Positions 49,008-61,906 of a DNA stretch of 64,000 nucleotides are shown one piece after another (the stretch's first letter is position 1; each line of letters opens with the position of its first letter). Source of the stretch: Hypanus sabinus. Its lineage: Eukaryota. The position numbers were made by a program, and so were the translations under genes. The notes beneath the pieces were generated by a model. That model was not told the origin of the DNA, made no database searches, and saw only the letters and a list, made by a program, of their open reading frames with translations. The stretch spans positions 106,454,001 to 106,518,000 of the forward strand of contig NC_082706.1 of assembly GCF_030144855.1 (NCBI RefSeq). Reading direction: 5' to 3'.

Positions 49008-51259
49008 AAAAGGTAATTTCGTTATGCAAAGGATAGTGTGCTGCCTGAAGATGTGGTTGAGTTCGTGCATTTGTAATATTGAATATTGAATGGGTACATG
49101 GAAGGAAAGGTGTTGAAGGACTATGAATCAAATGCAGCAGCTGGAACTAGCAGGAAGGATGTTGTGGTCTGCATGCCCATTGGGGCCGAAGGGCCTATAT
49201 CCATACTCTGTTACACAATGATTCTATGAAATAAAAACATAAAATGCTTAAAATACTCAAATAGACAGATGGCATCTCTGTAAAGAGAAACAGAGTTAAT
49301 GGAAGTCAGAGATAGCATATAAGCAAAAGAGAGGGCAGGAGGTCTGCAAAAGGACTAGGACAGATTCGGAGAATGGACAAAAAAGTGTCAGATAGAACAT
49401 AGTGTTGGAAAGTGTATGGTCATGCACTTTGGTAGAGAGAATGAAGGCACAGACTGTTCTCCAAACAGAGAGAGAATGCAGAAACCGAATGTGCAAGAAG
49501 ACTTCAGAGTTCCAGTGCAGAACTCCCTAAAGGGAATTGAGTCAGTAGTGGAGGAGGGAAATGCAATGAGGGCAATCATTTCGAGAGGACTAGAATATAA
49601 TCAGAATAGAATGAGAATCAGGTTTAGTATCATTGGCATAGATTGTGAAATTTGTTATTTTGCAGCAACAGTACAGTGCAATACATAATAAAAACTATAA
49701 ATTACAGTAAGATATATATTAAATAAATAGAGAAAAAGAGAGCAAAGCAAAAAAGTGAGGTAGTACATGTGAATTCATTGTCCATTACGAAATCTAATAA
49801 AAGCAAAAATGTAATGTTGAGTCTTTATAAGACATTGGTTAAACTATATATGGAGTATAGTGAGCAATTTTGGTCTCCATATCCGAGAAAAAATGTCCTG
49901 ACATTAGAGAAGGTCCAGAGGAGGTTTAAGAGAATGGTTCCAGGAATGAAAGGGTTATCTCATAAAGAACCTTCAATGACTCCGGCCTGTTCTCGCTGGA
50001 GCTTAGAAGACTGAGGGGATATCTCTTTGAAACCTACTGTATATTTAAACGTCTGGACGATGAGAGGATTTTTCCAATAGTGGGGGACTCCCGGACCAAA
50101 GGGCACAGACTCATAATAAGACATCCTTTCAGAACAGAGACGAGCAGGAATTTCAATGAATCTGTGAAATGCATTGCCATAAACGACTATGGAGGCCAAA
50201 TTATTGAATTTCTTAAAACGCCGAGGCTGATAGGTACCTGATGGTGTCAAAGGTTACGGGGAGAAGACAAATAAATGGGGCTGAGAGGGAAAACGAAACA
50301 GATATGATTCAATGGCCGAGCTGACTCAATGGATCGAATGGCCTAATCCTGCTCCTATGTCTTACCGTCTTACGGCTGGGAGAACGATTGCAGTCGGAGC
50401 ATGTACAGAGGAAGCTTCTTAATCGATTAATCGAACCTGCGCTAAAGGAGTGATCAGAAGAAAAATTATTAACTAATGATTAAAGGGGAATGTTTGCGAG
50501 AGGTTTGCAACTAGGACTTGGTTAGTTATGGCACTTGCAGGTTTACAGAAAGAGGGTCCCGGCCATTCAATAAAGGACGTGCACCGCCTGGACACCACGA
50601 TAGCCCAGCGATTAGGGCGACTCTGTTACAGCTCCGGGTTGTAAATTGTTCCGTGATTAGGTTACGGTTAATAGGATTTGTCGGGGATGGCTGGGTCTAC
50701 CTCGCGGTCTATCGCTAAATAACCAAACGGATATTGTGCTTTCAAATTTCCCAACGGAAGCTAATGTAAGCGAATATCTACTGACAGGTTCTGCCCAGTT
50801 GGAATCATTAAAACCACGTTAATAGGGAAAGATGAAGAGATTCACAGACATGATACAAATGGCATTCGGTTCATCAAACATCTTATCCAAAGGAAGGGGA
50901 GAAGTCAGCGAGAGAAGTCATTCAGCGTCTGAAAATTTCTCCGGTTTGCGGGTTAGTAGGTTAATTGATCACATGGATGTAATTGGATGGCCCGGGCTTG
51001 TTGGCCCGAAAGATCTGTTATCGTGACGTATTTCATGTTAAGTTCGAACCCAAAAAAACTCGTCTAATGAACTGCTGTGCAATTCTACCAAAATCTCATT
51101 TCATGCAGAGGAAGTAATAGTGTGTCGTTTTCAAATGGGGTTGGAAGGCGTGGTCTGTGACACGTTGACAGAAAGTGGGACGTGAGGCGTGGTGTTATTT
51201 ATAACTAGCCAGGCCACATCAGAATCTATGTCACATTCAGTCACAACTCGACAAACAAC

Positions 51260-51683
51260 ATGCGGCTGGGTTGCGTGGCTTTTGTGATACTTTTTCTCCG
51301 TTAGTTGATTGATTTTCATCCACTTACACTCTGTTTGTTTCAGTCTTTCAAACATGTTATGACTTTGATTTCTGTTTCCACAGGCAGATGTCTCGGTGCT
51401 GAATTGATAGTCTCCGATGTCCATCACCCGAAATGAGGGCAAAATGGCTAGAATGACCTGTGATCTGGGCACAGCGAGCACGGACGTCATCCAGTGGTAT
51501 CGGCAGTCAGATGGGCAACTCCCGGTCAGGATCCTTTATTACAGTAATGGGGTCATCGCACGCGACGATGGATTTGATGACAGATTTACAGCGAGCGGTG
51601 TTGGAAAAAAACTGTATTCTTTAACTGTGACACGTCTCAAGAAAGAGGATTCCGGCACCTATTACTGTGCCTATTGGGACCCA
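51260..51683 (+). pseudogene. TRGV: TCR gamma-type V segment 'Vf', frameshifted (leader exon 51260-51299, intron 51300-51383)
   Basis: Leader MRLGCVAFVILFL(R)RCLG. A 2-nt deletion after 51408 (GAATTGAT--AGTCT versus GAATTGATTCAGTCT in Vg) leads to an early TGA. The downstream frame MSITRNEGKMARMTCDLG..WYRQ..GTYYCAYWDP is intact. Confidence 0.85.
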
Positions 51684-51720
51684 CACAGTTAAACTGCAAC
51701 CGGTGCAGCTGACAAAAACT
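51682..51720 (+). other. RSS of Vf: CACACAG + 23 nt (or CACAGTT + 21 nt) + ACAAAAACT
   Basis: CACACAGTT at 51682-51690; nonamer 51712-51720. Confidence 0.85.
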
Positions 51721-52329
51721 CTTCCTCAGCGCATCATTTCCGACTCAGCGAATTCGCAGCTTATGCCATAAATTCCATCACCTTTCTTCAGATAAAAAAA
51801 ACTCTATCCAATTCCACGAAATTTCACCCAATAAGCGTCATCGACAGTTTATACATTTACACCCGTCGCTCGAGAACAGTGAATTGGGAGAATATTTTCG
51901 TAGGGATCGAGAGCCCAAACTAGAGGGGAAATATCTGTAAGAGACCCGTGTGGCAGATTTTTCAGGTAAAGGGCGGAGGGCACAGGAAACAGGCTGCCGG
52001 AGGAAGAGTTAGAGGCAGGAACCATCCAGAGATTTAAAAGTCATTTGGGCATCTACATGGATAAGAAATGTTCCGAGAAATACGGGTTAAATGCATGTAA
52101 AGAGGTCTGGTTTGCATGGGTAACTTGCTCGGTAAGGACGATTTAGGAAGAAGGGCCTGATTCTGTGCTGTAGAGCACAATGGCCCTTAAGAATTGTTTT
52201 AAATCTCTGCCCGGTTGCCACAAGTCCCAACATATCCTATCTCTCTATCTAAAATCCTCCAATCCCAGAAACATACATATGAGTATTTGCTACATCCTCT
52301 CTAGTTCAACAACATACAAATAATTAAGC

Positions 52330-54170
52330 AATAAGTACTGAGAAAATGAGGTGCAAATCCTTGAAAGTAAGTCCATATGTTCTGGGAACATTTCAGTGAT
52401 GGGACAAGTGAAGTTATACCCTTTGGTACAAGAACCTGATTGTGGAGGAGTAATACCTATTCCTGAACCTGGTGGTGTGAGCTCTGAGGCTCCTGTACAT
52501 ACTTTCTGATGGGAGCAGAGAGAGGAGTGCATGACCAGTAATGTGGTTGGGTGGGTGGGGGCATGGGGGTATCTCTGATTACAGATGTTGTTATCCTATG
52601 ACAACGTGCTGTGTAGATGCTCACAATGGTGGGGAAAGCTTTACCCATGATGGACTGAACCGTATCCACTGGTTTTTGAAGGCTTTTGATTCAAGGGCTT
52701 TGGTGCTTCCATACCATGCTGTCATGCAGTCAGTCCATACATTCTCCATCACATATCTACAGAAGTTTGTCAGAGTTTTAGATATTATACCAAAGCTGCA
52801 CAAATGCCTAACGAATTAGAAGCACTGCATGTTTTCTTTGTAATTGTCCTTGTGTGCTGGGCCCAAAACAGGTCCTCCAAAATGATAACACCAAGAAATT
52901 TCAAGTTGCTGACCTTCTCCACCTCCATCATACAACAAGAATTCACCTAAGGACCTCTGATTTCCTCCTCCTGAAGTCAATAACCAACTTGAAGTCAATC
53001 TTGGTCTTGGTGTCATTGAGTAAGAGGTTGTTAGACACAGTCAGATTTTCAATCTCCCTCCTATAAGCTGATTCATCATCACCTATGAGTTGGCGTACGA
53101 CAGTGGTGTCATCAGCAATCTTTTATATGGCATTGGAGATGTGCTTAGCCACACAGTCATGTGTAAAGTGAGTAGAGCAGTGGAATGAGCACACAGCCTT
53201 GTGGTGCAACTGTGCTGTTGGAGATTGTGGAGGATATCATGTTGCCAGTCTGAACTAACAGGTGACTGAAAGTGAAGAAATCGAGCTTCTAGTTGCACAA
53301 GGAGGAATTGAGGCTAAGGAGTTGAAACTTACTTATTAGTTCTGAGGGGAAGATGGCATTGAGTGCCAAGCTGTAGCCAAGAAAGAGCAGGCTGATATAT
53401 CCATCTTTGTTGTGCAGATGGTCCAGAGTTCAGTAAAGAACCAATGAGATCACATCTGCTGTGGCCCTGTTGTGCCGCTGGGAAAATTGGAGCAGACCCA
53501 AGTCGCTTATTAGGAGGAGGTGATATATTGAAATATCATGTAAATGTTTGCATGTCATGTTAAAACATCACTTCTTAAAACATTTTCTCACTGTGGATGT
53601 AAATGATACTAGACTTTAGTCATTGAGACAGGTTACCATGTTCTTCTTAGGCACCAGAATAAGTGAAGTCTGATTGAAGCAGATGGGTACATCAGCCAAA
53701 ATGGGAGGTTAAACATCAGTAAACAGTCCAGCCAGTTGATTAGCACAGGTCTTTAGTATTTGGCCCGTTATCATGTCTGGGCTGGATGATTTTCATGGCT
53801 TCATCGTCTTGAAGGCTGCTTGTACATCAGCCTCAGAGACTAAAATCACTGGATGATCTGGCACTGTGGGTGTTTGTGATGGTACCTCCATGTCTTGATA
53901 GTCAAAGCAAGCACAGAAGGCATTGCATTCATCAGAAAGTGATCCCTGTTGTCATCTATGTCACTAGATTTTACTTTAATAAAAATAGCATTCAAGCCCT
54001 GCCACAACTGTTGCATATTCTTCATTGATTCAGGTTTAATCTGGCATTGCCACTTTGCCCGTGATGTGGCTTTCCAGAGACCTCTTGTAACTTTCTTGGT
54101 CACCAGACCTGAAAGCCTCCGATCTGGCCTTAGCAAATTGCTGATTTCATGGTTCATACAAGGTTACTGG
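52330..54170 (-). mobile_element. Rex1/Babar-type LINE remnant; the paralog at ~62590-63600 lacks ~1 kb of it
   Basis: Minus-strand ENVWTDCMTAWYGST.., QQLWQGLNAI.. motifs match the element at 25.2-27.2 kb. Confidence 0.7.
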
Positions 54171-55930
54171 TGGGGGGAAAACTCCTTGATTTGCCTCCCT
54201 CATAGCTTGTTATATCTGGATATCGGCTTTCAGAGAATAATGTGCAAAGGTATCCTGGGCCCCTGAACATAAACTCCTTGCAAACTCCCATCATTTGCAG
54301 GAAAGCTGCTATTAAACTGGATAGGATGACATCAGATTTTCTACACTTCATTCCCATCAGCAACAAGTATTCCTTTGGATACTACACTGGGGGGTGGGGG
54401 ATAATGACCTGTCAGGGCACGGCAGGATCAGCCAGGCCAGTGGCAGTATGCCTGGCTCTGAGGCTCAGCAGGGAAGGGTAAAATCAGGTAGAGAGATGGT
54501 GATAAGAGACCCAATAATTCAGGAATAAACAGGAGATTTGGTGGCCATGACAAAGACCATAGGGGCTGGTATTAAGGATATCTCAGAGCAACTGCAGTAG
54601 GGTAACCAGACAAAGGCCATGGTGCACGTTGACACCAATGACATAGGTGAAAACAAGGAAGTGATGGGGTAGGGAGATAGGGAAAAGGCCACAGAGTATG
54701 GGGGATCAATATCATTGGGGCTGAAGGGCCTATATCCATACCCAATGATACTATGAATGATTCTATATATATATACTATATATAATATAGTACATTCTAT
54801 ATATACTCAATTATTCTATGAAATAAAAACATAAAATGCTGAAAATACTCAAATAGACAGACGGCATCTGTGTAAGGAGAAACAGATTTAAGGGAAGTCA
54901 AAGATAGCAGAAAAGCAAAAGAGAGGGCAGGAAGTCTGCAAAATGACTAGGACAGATTAGGAGAATGGACAAAAAAGTGGCAGATGGAACATAGTGTAGG
55001 GAAGTGTATGGCCATGCACTTTGGTAGAGAGAATGAAAGCACAGACTGTTCTCCAAACAGAGAGAGAATGCAGAAACCGAATGTGCAAGAAGACTTGAGA
55101 GTTCCAGTGCAGAATTCCCTAAAGGCTAACTTGCTCTTTGAGTCAGTAGTGGAGGAGGGAAATGCAATGAGGGCAATCATTTCGAGAGGACTAGAATATA
55201 ATCAGAATAGAATGAGAATCAGGTTTAGTATCACTGGCATAGGTTGTAGAACTTGTTATTTTGCAACTGCAGTAAGATGCAATTCATGAAAAAAATTATA
55301 AATTACAGTAAGATATATATTAAATAAGTAGACAAAAGGAGAGCAAAGCAAGAAAACAATAGTGAGGTAGTTTATGTGGATTCATGATCCATTCAGAAAT
55401 CTGATGTAAGCAAAATTGTAATTTTGAGTCTTTATAAGACATTGGTAGACTTTATATGGAGTATTGTGACTAATCTGGGGCTCCATATCCGAGAAAGAAT
55501 CTCCTGGCATTGGAGAGAGTCCAGAGGAGGTTTAAGAGAATGGTTTCAGGAAGGAAAGGGTTAATATATAAGGAACATTTGATGGCTCTGGGCTATTCTT
55601 ACTGGAACTTAGAAGAATGAAGGGATATCTCTTTGAAACCTACTGAATTTTTAAATGCCTGGACAATGAGAGCAATTTTCCAAAAGCTGGGGAGTCCAGG
55701 ACCAAAGGGCACAGATTCATAAAAGGACATCTCTTCAGAGCAGATACGATGAGGAATTTCTGTGAATCTGTGAAATTCAATGCCATATACAGCTATGGAG
55801 GCCATTATTTGGTTTATTAAAAGCCGAGGCTGATATGTACTTGAATTGTCATTCTGTCAGAGAAGACAATATAAAAATAGGGCTAAAAGAGAAAACGAAT
55901 CAGATACGTTTAAATGCCTGAGCGGACTCA

Positions 55931-58380
55931 TAGAAACATAGAAAACCTACAGCACAATACAGGCCTTTTGGCCCACAATGCAGTGCCAAACATGAACTTA
56001 CTTTTAAAATTCCCATAGCCCTCTATTTTTCTAAGCTCCATGTACCTCTCCAGGAGTCTCTTAAAACACCCTTTCAAATCTGCCTCCACCACCATTGCTG
56101 GCAGCCCATTCCACACACTCACCACTCTTTGCGTAAAAAACTTCCCCTGATATCTCCTCTGTACCTGCTTTGAAGCACCTTAAAACTGTACCTTTTCATG
56201 TTAGCCATTTCAGCCCTGGGAAAAATCCTCTGACTATCCACATGATCAATGTCTCTCATCATCTTTTACGCCTCTATCAGTTCACCTCTAATCCTCCGTC
56301 GCTCCAAGGAGAAAAGCCCAAGTTCACTCAATCTATTCTCATAAGGCATGCTCCCCAATCCAGGCAACATCCTTGTAAATCTCCTCTGCATCCTTTCTAT
56401 CATTTCCACATCCTTCCTGTAGTGAGGTGACCAGCACTGAGCACAGTACTCCATGTGGGGTCAGACCAGGGTCTTATATAGCTGCAGCATTACCACTCAG
56501 CTCTTAAACTCAGTCCCACAATTGATAAAGGCCAATGAACTGTATGCCTTCTTAACCTCAGACTGAACCTGCATAGCAGCTTTGAGTGTCCTGTGGGCTC
56601 GAACCCCAAGATCCCTCTGATCCTCCACACTGCCAAGAGTCTTACCATTAATACTATGTTCTGCCATCATACTTGATCTACCAAAATGAACAACCTCACA
56701 CTTTTCTGGGTTAAATCCCATCTGCCAATTCTCAGCCCTGTTTTTGCATCCTATCAATGCCCCACTGAAACCTCTGTCAACTCTCCACACTATTCACAAC
56801 ACCCCCAACCTCTGTGTCATCAGCAAATTTACTAACCCATCCCTCCACTTCCCATGCAGGTCATTTATAAAAATCACAAAGACTAGGGGTCCCAGAACAC
56901 ATCCCTAAGGCACACCATTGGACACTGACCTTCATGCAGAATATGACCCGTCTACACCCACTCTTTGTCTTCTGTGGGCAAGTCGATTCTGGATCCACAA
57001 AGCAATGTCCCATTGGATCCCATGCCTCCTTACAGTCTCAATGAGCCTTGCATTGGGTACCTTATCAAATGCCTTGCTGAAATCCATATACACTATATAT
57101 ACTGCTCTACCTTTATCAACGTGTTTAGTCACATCCTCAAAAAATTCAATAAGGTTCTTAAGGCACAATCTGCCTTTCACAAAGTGATGCTGACAATTCC
57201 TAATCATATTAGCCTCTCCAAATGTTTATAAATCCTGCCTCTCAGGGTCTTCACCATCAAATTACCAACGACTGAAATAAGACGCACTGGTTTATAATTT
57301 CTTGGGCTATCTCGACTGCCTTTCTTGAATAAGGGAACAACATCTGCAACCCTCCAATCTTCCAGAACCTCTCCTGTTCCTGTTGACAATGCAAAATCAT
57401 CGCCAGAGGCTCAGTAAGCTCCTCCTTCACCTCCCACAGTAGCCTGGGGTACATCTCGTCCGGTTCTGGTGACTCATCCAAATGAATGCTTTCCAAAAGC
57501 TCAAGAACATCCTCTTCCTTAATATCTGCATGCTCAAGCTTTTCAGTCCACTGTAACTCATCCCTACAATCACCAAGACCCTTTTCCGTAGTGAATACGG
57601 AAGCAAAGTATTCATTAAGCACCTCTGCTATCTCCTCTGGTTCCACACACACTTTTCCACTGTCACACTTGATTGGTCCTATTCTGTCACATCTTATCCT
57701 CTTGGTCTTCACATATTTGTAGAATGCCTTGGGGTTTTCCCTCAACCTGTTCACCAAGGCCTTCTCCCGGCCCATTCTGGCTCTCCTAATTTCATTCTTA
57801 AGCTCTTTCCTGCTAGCCTTATAACCTTCTAGATCTTTCATTACCTAGTTTTTGAATCTTTCATAAGCTCTTCTTTTATTCTTGACTAGATTTACAACAG
57901 CCTTTGTACACCATGATTCCTGTTTCCTACCAGCCTTTTCCTGTCTCATTGAAATGTACCTATGCAGAACCCCATGCAAATATCCACTGACCATTTGCCA
58001 CATTTCTTCCATATGTTTCCCTGAGAACATCCGTTTTCATTTTATGCTTCCAAGTTCCTGTCTAATAGGTTCTTATTTTCCCTTACTGCAATTAAACACT
58101 TTCCTAACTTGTCTGTTCCTATCTCTCACCAATGCTATGGTAAAGGAGATAGAATTGTAATCACTATGTCCAAAATGCTCACCCACTGAGAGATCTGACA
58201 CATGACCAAGTTAATTTCCCAATACCAGATCAAGTACAGCCTCTCCTCTTGTATGCTTACCTACGTGTTGTGTCAAAAAACCATCCCGAACACAACTAAC
58301 AAACTCCACCCCATCTAAACCCCTCGCTCTAGGGAAATGCCAATCTATATTTGGGAAATTAAAATCTCCCACTACATTAC

Positions 58381-58416
<36 letters not shown>

Positions 58417-59989
58417 CATCATCATCATCATCATCATCACACCATTCCAGAATCTGTCTCCCTATCTTCTCCTCGATATTGCTGTTACTATTGGGTGGTC
58501 AATTAAAAGCACCCAGTAGAGTTATTGACCCCTTCCTGTTCCTAACTTCCACCCACAGAGAGCCGGTAGACAATTCCTCCAAAACTTCCTCCTTTTCTGC
58601 AGCTGCAACACTATCTCTGATCAACAATGCCACGCCCCCACCTCTTTTGCATCCCCCCCTGTCCTTTCTCAAACATCTAAAGCCTGGCACTTGAAGTAAC
58701 CATTTCTGCCCCTGAGCCATCCAAGTCTCTGTAATGGTCACAACATCCTAGCTCCAAGTACTGATCTCCAAGTTCTAAGCTCATCCACTTTGTTTATAAT
58801 ACTCCTTGCATTAAAACAGACACATCTCAAACCATTGGTTTGAGCACGTCCCTTCTCTATCACTTGCCTATCCTCCCTCTTACACTGTCTCCAAGCTTTG
58901 CCTATTTGTGAGCCATCACCCTCTTCCTCCATCTCTTTAGTTCAGTTCCCAGCCCCCAGAAATTCCAGTTTAATCTCTCCCCAGTAGCCATAACAAACCT
59001 CCCAGCCAAGATATTGGACCTCTTGGGATTCAAGTGCAACCTGTCCTTTTTTGTACAGGTCACAGTTACCCCAAAAGAGGTCCCAATGATCCAGAATTCT
59101 GAATCCCTGCCCTCTGTTCCAATCCCTCAGCCACGCATTTATCCTCCACCTCATTTTATTCCTATACACACTGTCGCGTGGCACAGGCAGTAAACCTGAG
59201 ATTACTAGCTTTGAGGTTGTGATTCTCAACTTCTTTCCTAACTCCCTGTAGTCTGTTTTCAGGACCTCCTCCTTTTTCCTACCTATGTCGTTGGTACAAA
59301 AATGTACCACAACTTTCAGCTGTTCTCCTTCCCACTTCAGGATATCGAGGACGCTATCAGAAACATCTCGGACTCTGACACCTAGGAGGCAAACTACCAT
59401 CCGTGTTTCTTTCCTGTGTCCACAGAACCACTTTTCTGACCCCCTAACTATGGAGTCCCCTATCATTGCTGCCATCCTCTTACTTTCTCCTGCGGCCACT
59501 GTTGCTTCCCCAGGTGGGCCGTCTCCCCCAATAGTGCTCAAGCAGGAGTACTTATTTTTAAGGGGGCAGTCACTGGGGTACTCTCTGGCATCTGCCACTT
59601 GCCCTTCCCTCTCCTGACTGTTACCCACTTCTCTGTCACCCGAGGCCCCGGTTTGACGACCTGCCTATAGCTCCGATCTATCACCTCCTCACCCTCCCTG
59701 ACCAGACGAAGGTCATCGACCTGCATCTCCAGTTCCCTAACGCGGTCCCTAAAGCGCAGAGGTGGCAGTTCAGGAGGCTGGGAACCTCCAGGACTTCCCA
59801 CATCTGACACCGAGCACAGAACACTGGCTTCACACACATACTTCCTGTCTGTATTCTACACAGAAAACCTACCTGCCCTCGACCCGTATTCGCCGAAGCC
59901 CCGTTCAGCCTTCCTACTCTGTCGCCCCCTCCTCAGACTCCCGCTCTATAAAGCTGACTTCTTTTAAACTCTTCTCGCTGTTCTCACTG
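55931..59989 (-). mobile_element. Near full-length CR1 LINE (SGNH-esterase ORF1, APE-RT ORF2), decayed, with TSD
   Basis: ORF1 IGDSIVRG..VVHFCTNDIG..ISGLLPVP..FRILDHWDLFWG; APE LRCVCFNARSI..ITETW..DRGGCKRGGGVALL; RT QHHFVKGRLCLKNLIEFF..YMDFSKAFDKVP; 3' tail at 55931; 9-bp TSD GC(G/T)GACTCA at 55922-55930 and 59990-59998, present once in unit A. Confidence 0.93.
58381..58437. repeat. Compound microsatellite (TAT)12(CAT)7
   Basis: Direct count; lies inside the CR1 APE region. Confidence 0.95.
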
Positions 59990-60834
59990 GCTGACTCAAT
60001 GGATTGAATGGCCTAATTCTGCTCCTATGTCTTGTCTTCTTACGGCTGGGAGAGCATGCAGTCGGAGACTGTACAGAGGAAGTTTCTTAATCGATTAACC
60101 TAACCCGCGCTAAAAGGGTTATCAGAAGAAAAATTGTTAACGAATGAGTTGATTTAAGGGGAAAGTTTACAACTAGTACTATACTACTTGGATGTTTACA
60201 GAAAGAGGGGCCTGGGCATTCAATAAAGGACGTGCACTGCCGAGGCATCACGGTAGCGTAGATATGAGCGCGAGGCTATTACAGCTCCGGGTTGTAAATT
60301 GTTCCGTGATTAGGTTAGGGTTAATAGGATTTGTTGGGGGTGGCTGGGCCTACCTCGCGGTATATCGCTAAATAAATAAACAGATATTGTGCTTTCAAAT
60401 TTACCAACGGAAGCTAATGTAAGCGGATATTTACTGACAGGTCTGCCCAGTTGGAATCATGATGAACACATCACAGGCATGATACAGATGGCATTCGGTC
60501 CATCAAACATCCCACTCAAAGGAACGTACAGCGAATACGGTCGTAGGACGGGAGACAGTATACACCAGATTAGACAAAGTGAAGGCCAAGAAGATGAAAA
60601 CAGGGGTGCCTGGGTGCATTATCTCCATGGACTCCTGCCGTCTGAAGGCGCCGAGCCACACCCCTCCCTCCACTCACTGAAGCCACTTGCTCCAACTCTG
60701 GTGTTAGGCGGGAAATTTCGGGAATTTCACAAAACAGCGATAAAGGGAGGATAAATATTTCAAATATGTTGACATATGATTGAAAAGTCAGCTGGCAGAA
60801 GGTGATTAATTTGGGGAAGTTTCGGGACGGAACG

Positions 60835-61260
60835 GGACCGGATCGGTTAGTGTAACGCTGTTATAGCGGCAGCGACCCAGGTTAAATTCCGCCGTTGTTC
60901 TGAAAGGGATTTGTACGTTGTTCCTGTGTCCGCGTGGGTTTCCTCCGGCTGCTCCGGTTTCCTCCCACGTTCAAAACACGTTCGGGTTAGCAGCCGCCCA
61001 AAGCAACACACACAAAATGCTGGAGGAACTCAGCAGGACAAGCAATATTTATGGAAAAGAGTAAGTAGTCGACATTTCGGGCCAAAACCTTTTCCAAGAC
61101 TGGAAAGGAAGGGGAGAAGTCAGTGTGAGAAGACCTTCAGCATCTGCAACATTTCTCCTGTTTCCGGGTTACTAGGTTAATTCATCACATGGATGTAATT
61201 GTATGGCCCGGGCTCGTTGGCCCAAAAGGCCTGTAATCGTGACGTATTTCTGCATGTTTA
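60835..61260 (+). mobile_element. V-SINE interrupted by a ~175-bp Penelope-terminal-repeat insert
   Basis: V-core GTGGGTTTCCTCCGGCTGCTCCGGTTTCCTCCCAC; the insert is flanked by CGGGTTA at 60983-60989 and 61165-61171. Confidence 0.65.
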
Positions 61261-61480
61261 GATCCCGCAAAAAAAAAGACTCGTCTAATGAACTGCTGTG
61301 CAATTCTACCAAACTCTCATTTCATGCGGAGGAAGTAATAGTGTGTCGTTTTCAAATGGGGTTGGAAGGCGTGGTCTGTGACACGTTAACAGAAAGTGGG
61401 ACGTGAAGCGTGGTGTTATTTATAACTAGCCAGGCCTCATCTAAATCTGTGTCACATTCAGTCACAACTCGACAAACAAC

Positions 61481-61906
61481 ATGCAGCTGGGTTGCGTGGC
61501 TTTTGTGATACTTTTTCTCCGTTAGTTGATTGATTTTCATCCACTTACACTCTGTTTGTTTCAGTCTTTCAAACATGTTATGACTTTAATTTCTGTTTCC
61601 ACAGGCAGATGTCTCGGTGCTGAATTGATTCAGTCTCCGATGTCCATCACCCGAAATGAGGGCAAAATGGCTAGAATGACCTATGATCTGGGCACAGCGA
61701 ACCCAGAGTATATCCACTGGTATCGGCAGTCAGATGGGCAACGCCCGGTCAGGATCCTTTATTACAATAACGGGGTCAACGTGCGCGACGATGGATTTGA
61801 TAACAGATTTTCTGCGAGGAATGATAGACAAAAGCTGTACTTTCTAACTGTGACCCGTCTCAAGAAAGAGGATTCCGGCACCTATTACTGTGCTTTTTGG
61901 GACTCA
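61481..61906 (+). CDS. TRGV: TCR gamma-type V segment 'Vg', open frame but Cys23 replaced by Tyr (leader exon 61481-61520, intron 61521-61604)
   Basis: AELIQSPMSITRNEGKMARMT-Y-DLGTANPEYIHWYRQ..EDSGTYYCAFWDS; TAT at 61682-61684 where Vf has TGT (51459-51461). Confidence 0.85.

Larger units (their letters stand above)
49190..54470 (+). repeat. Segmental duplication unit A (contains Vf)
   Basis: Colinear with 54715-55930 plus 59990-64000 (unit B), ~85-90% identity by eye. Confidence 0.9.

Noticed and set aside
60710-60729. Tandem NF-kB-like motifs GGGAAATTTC / GGGAATTTCA upstream of Vg
   Set aside because: Both miss the terminal CC of the consensus; motif-only evidence.
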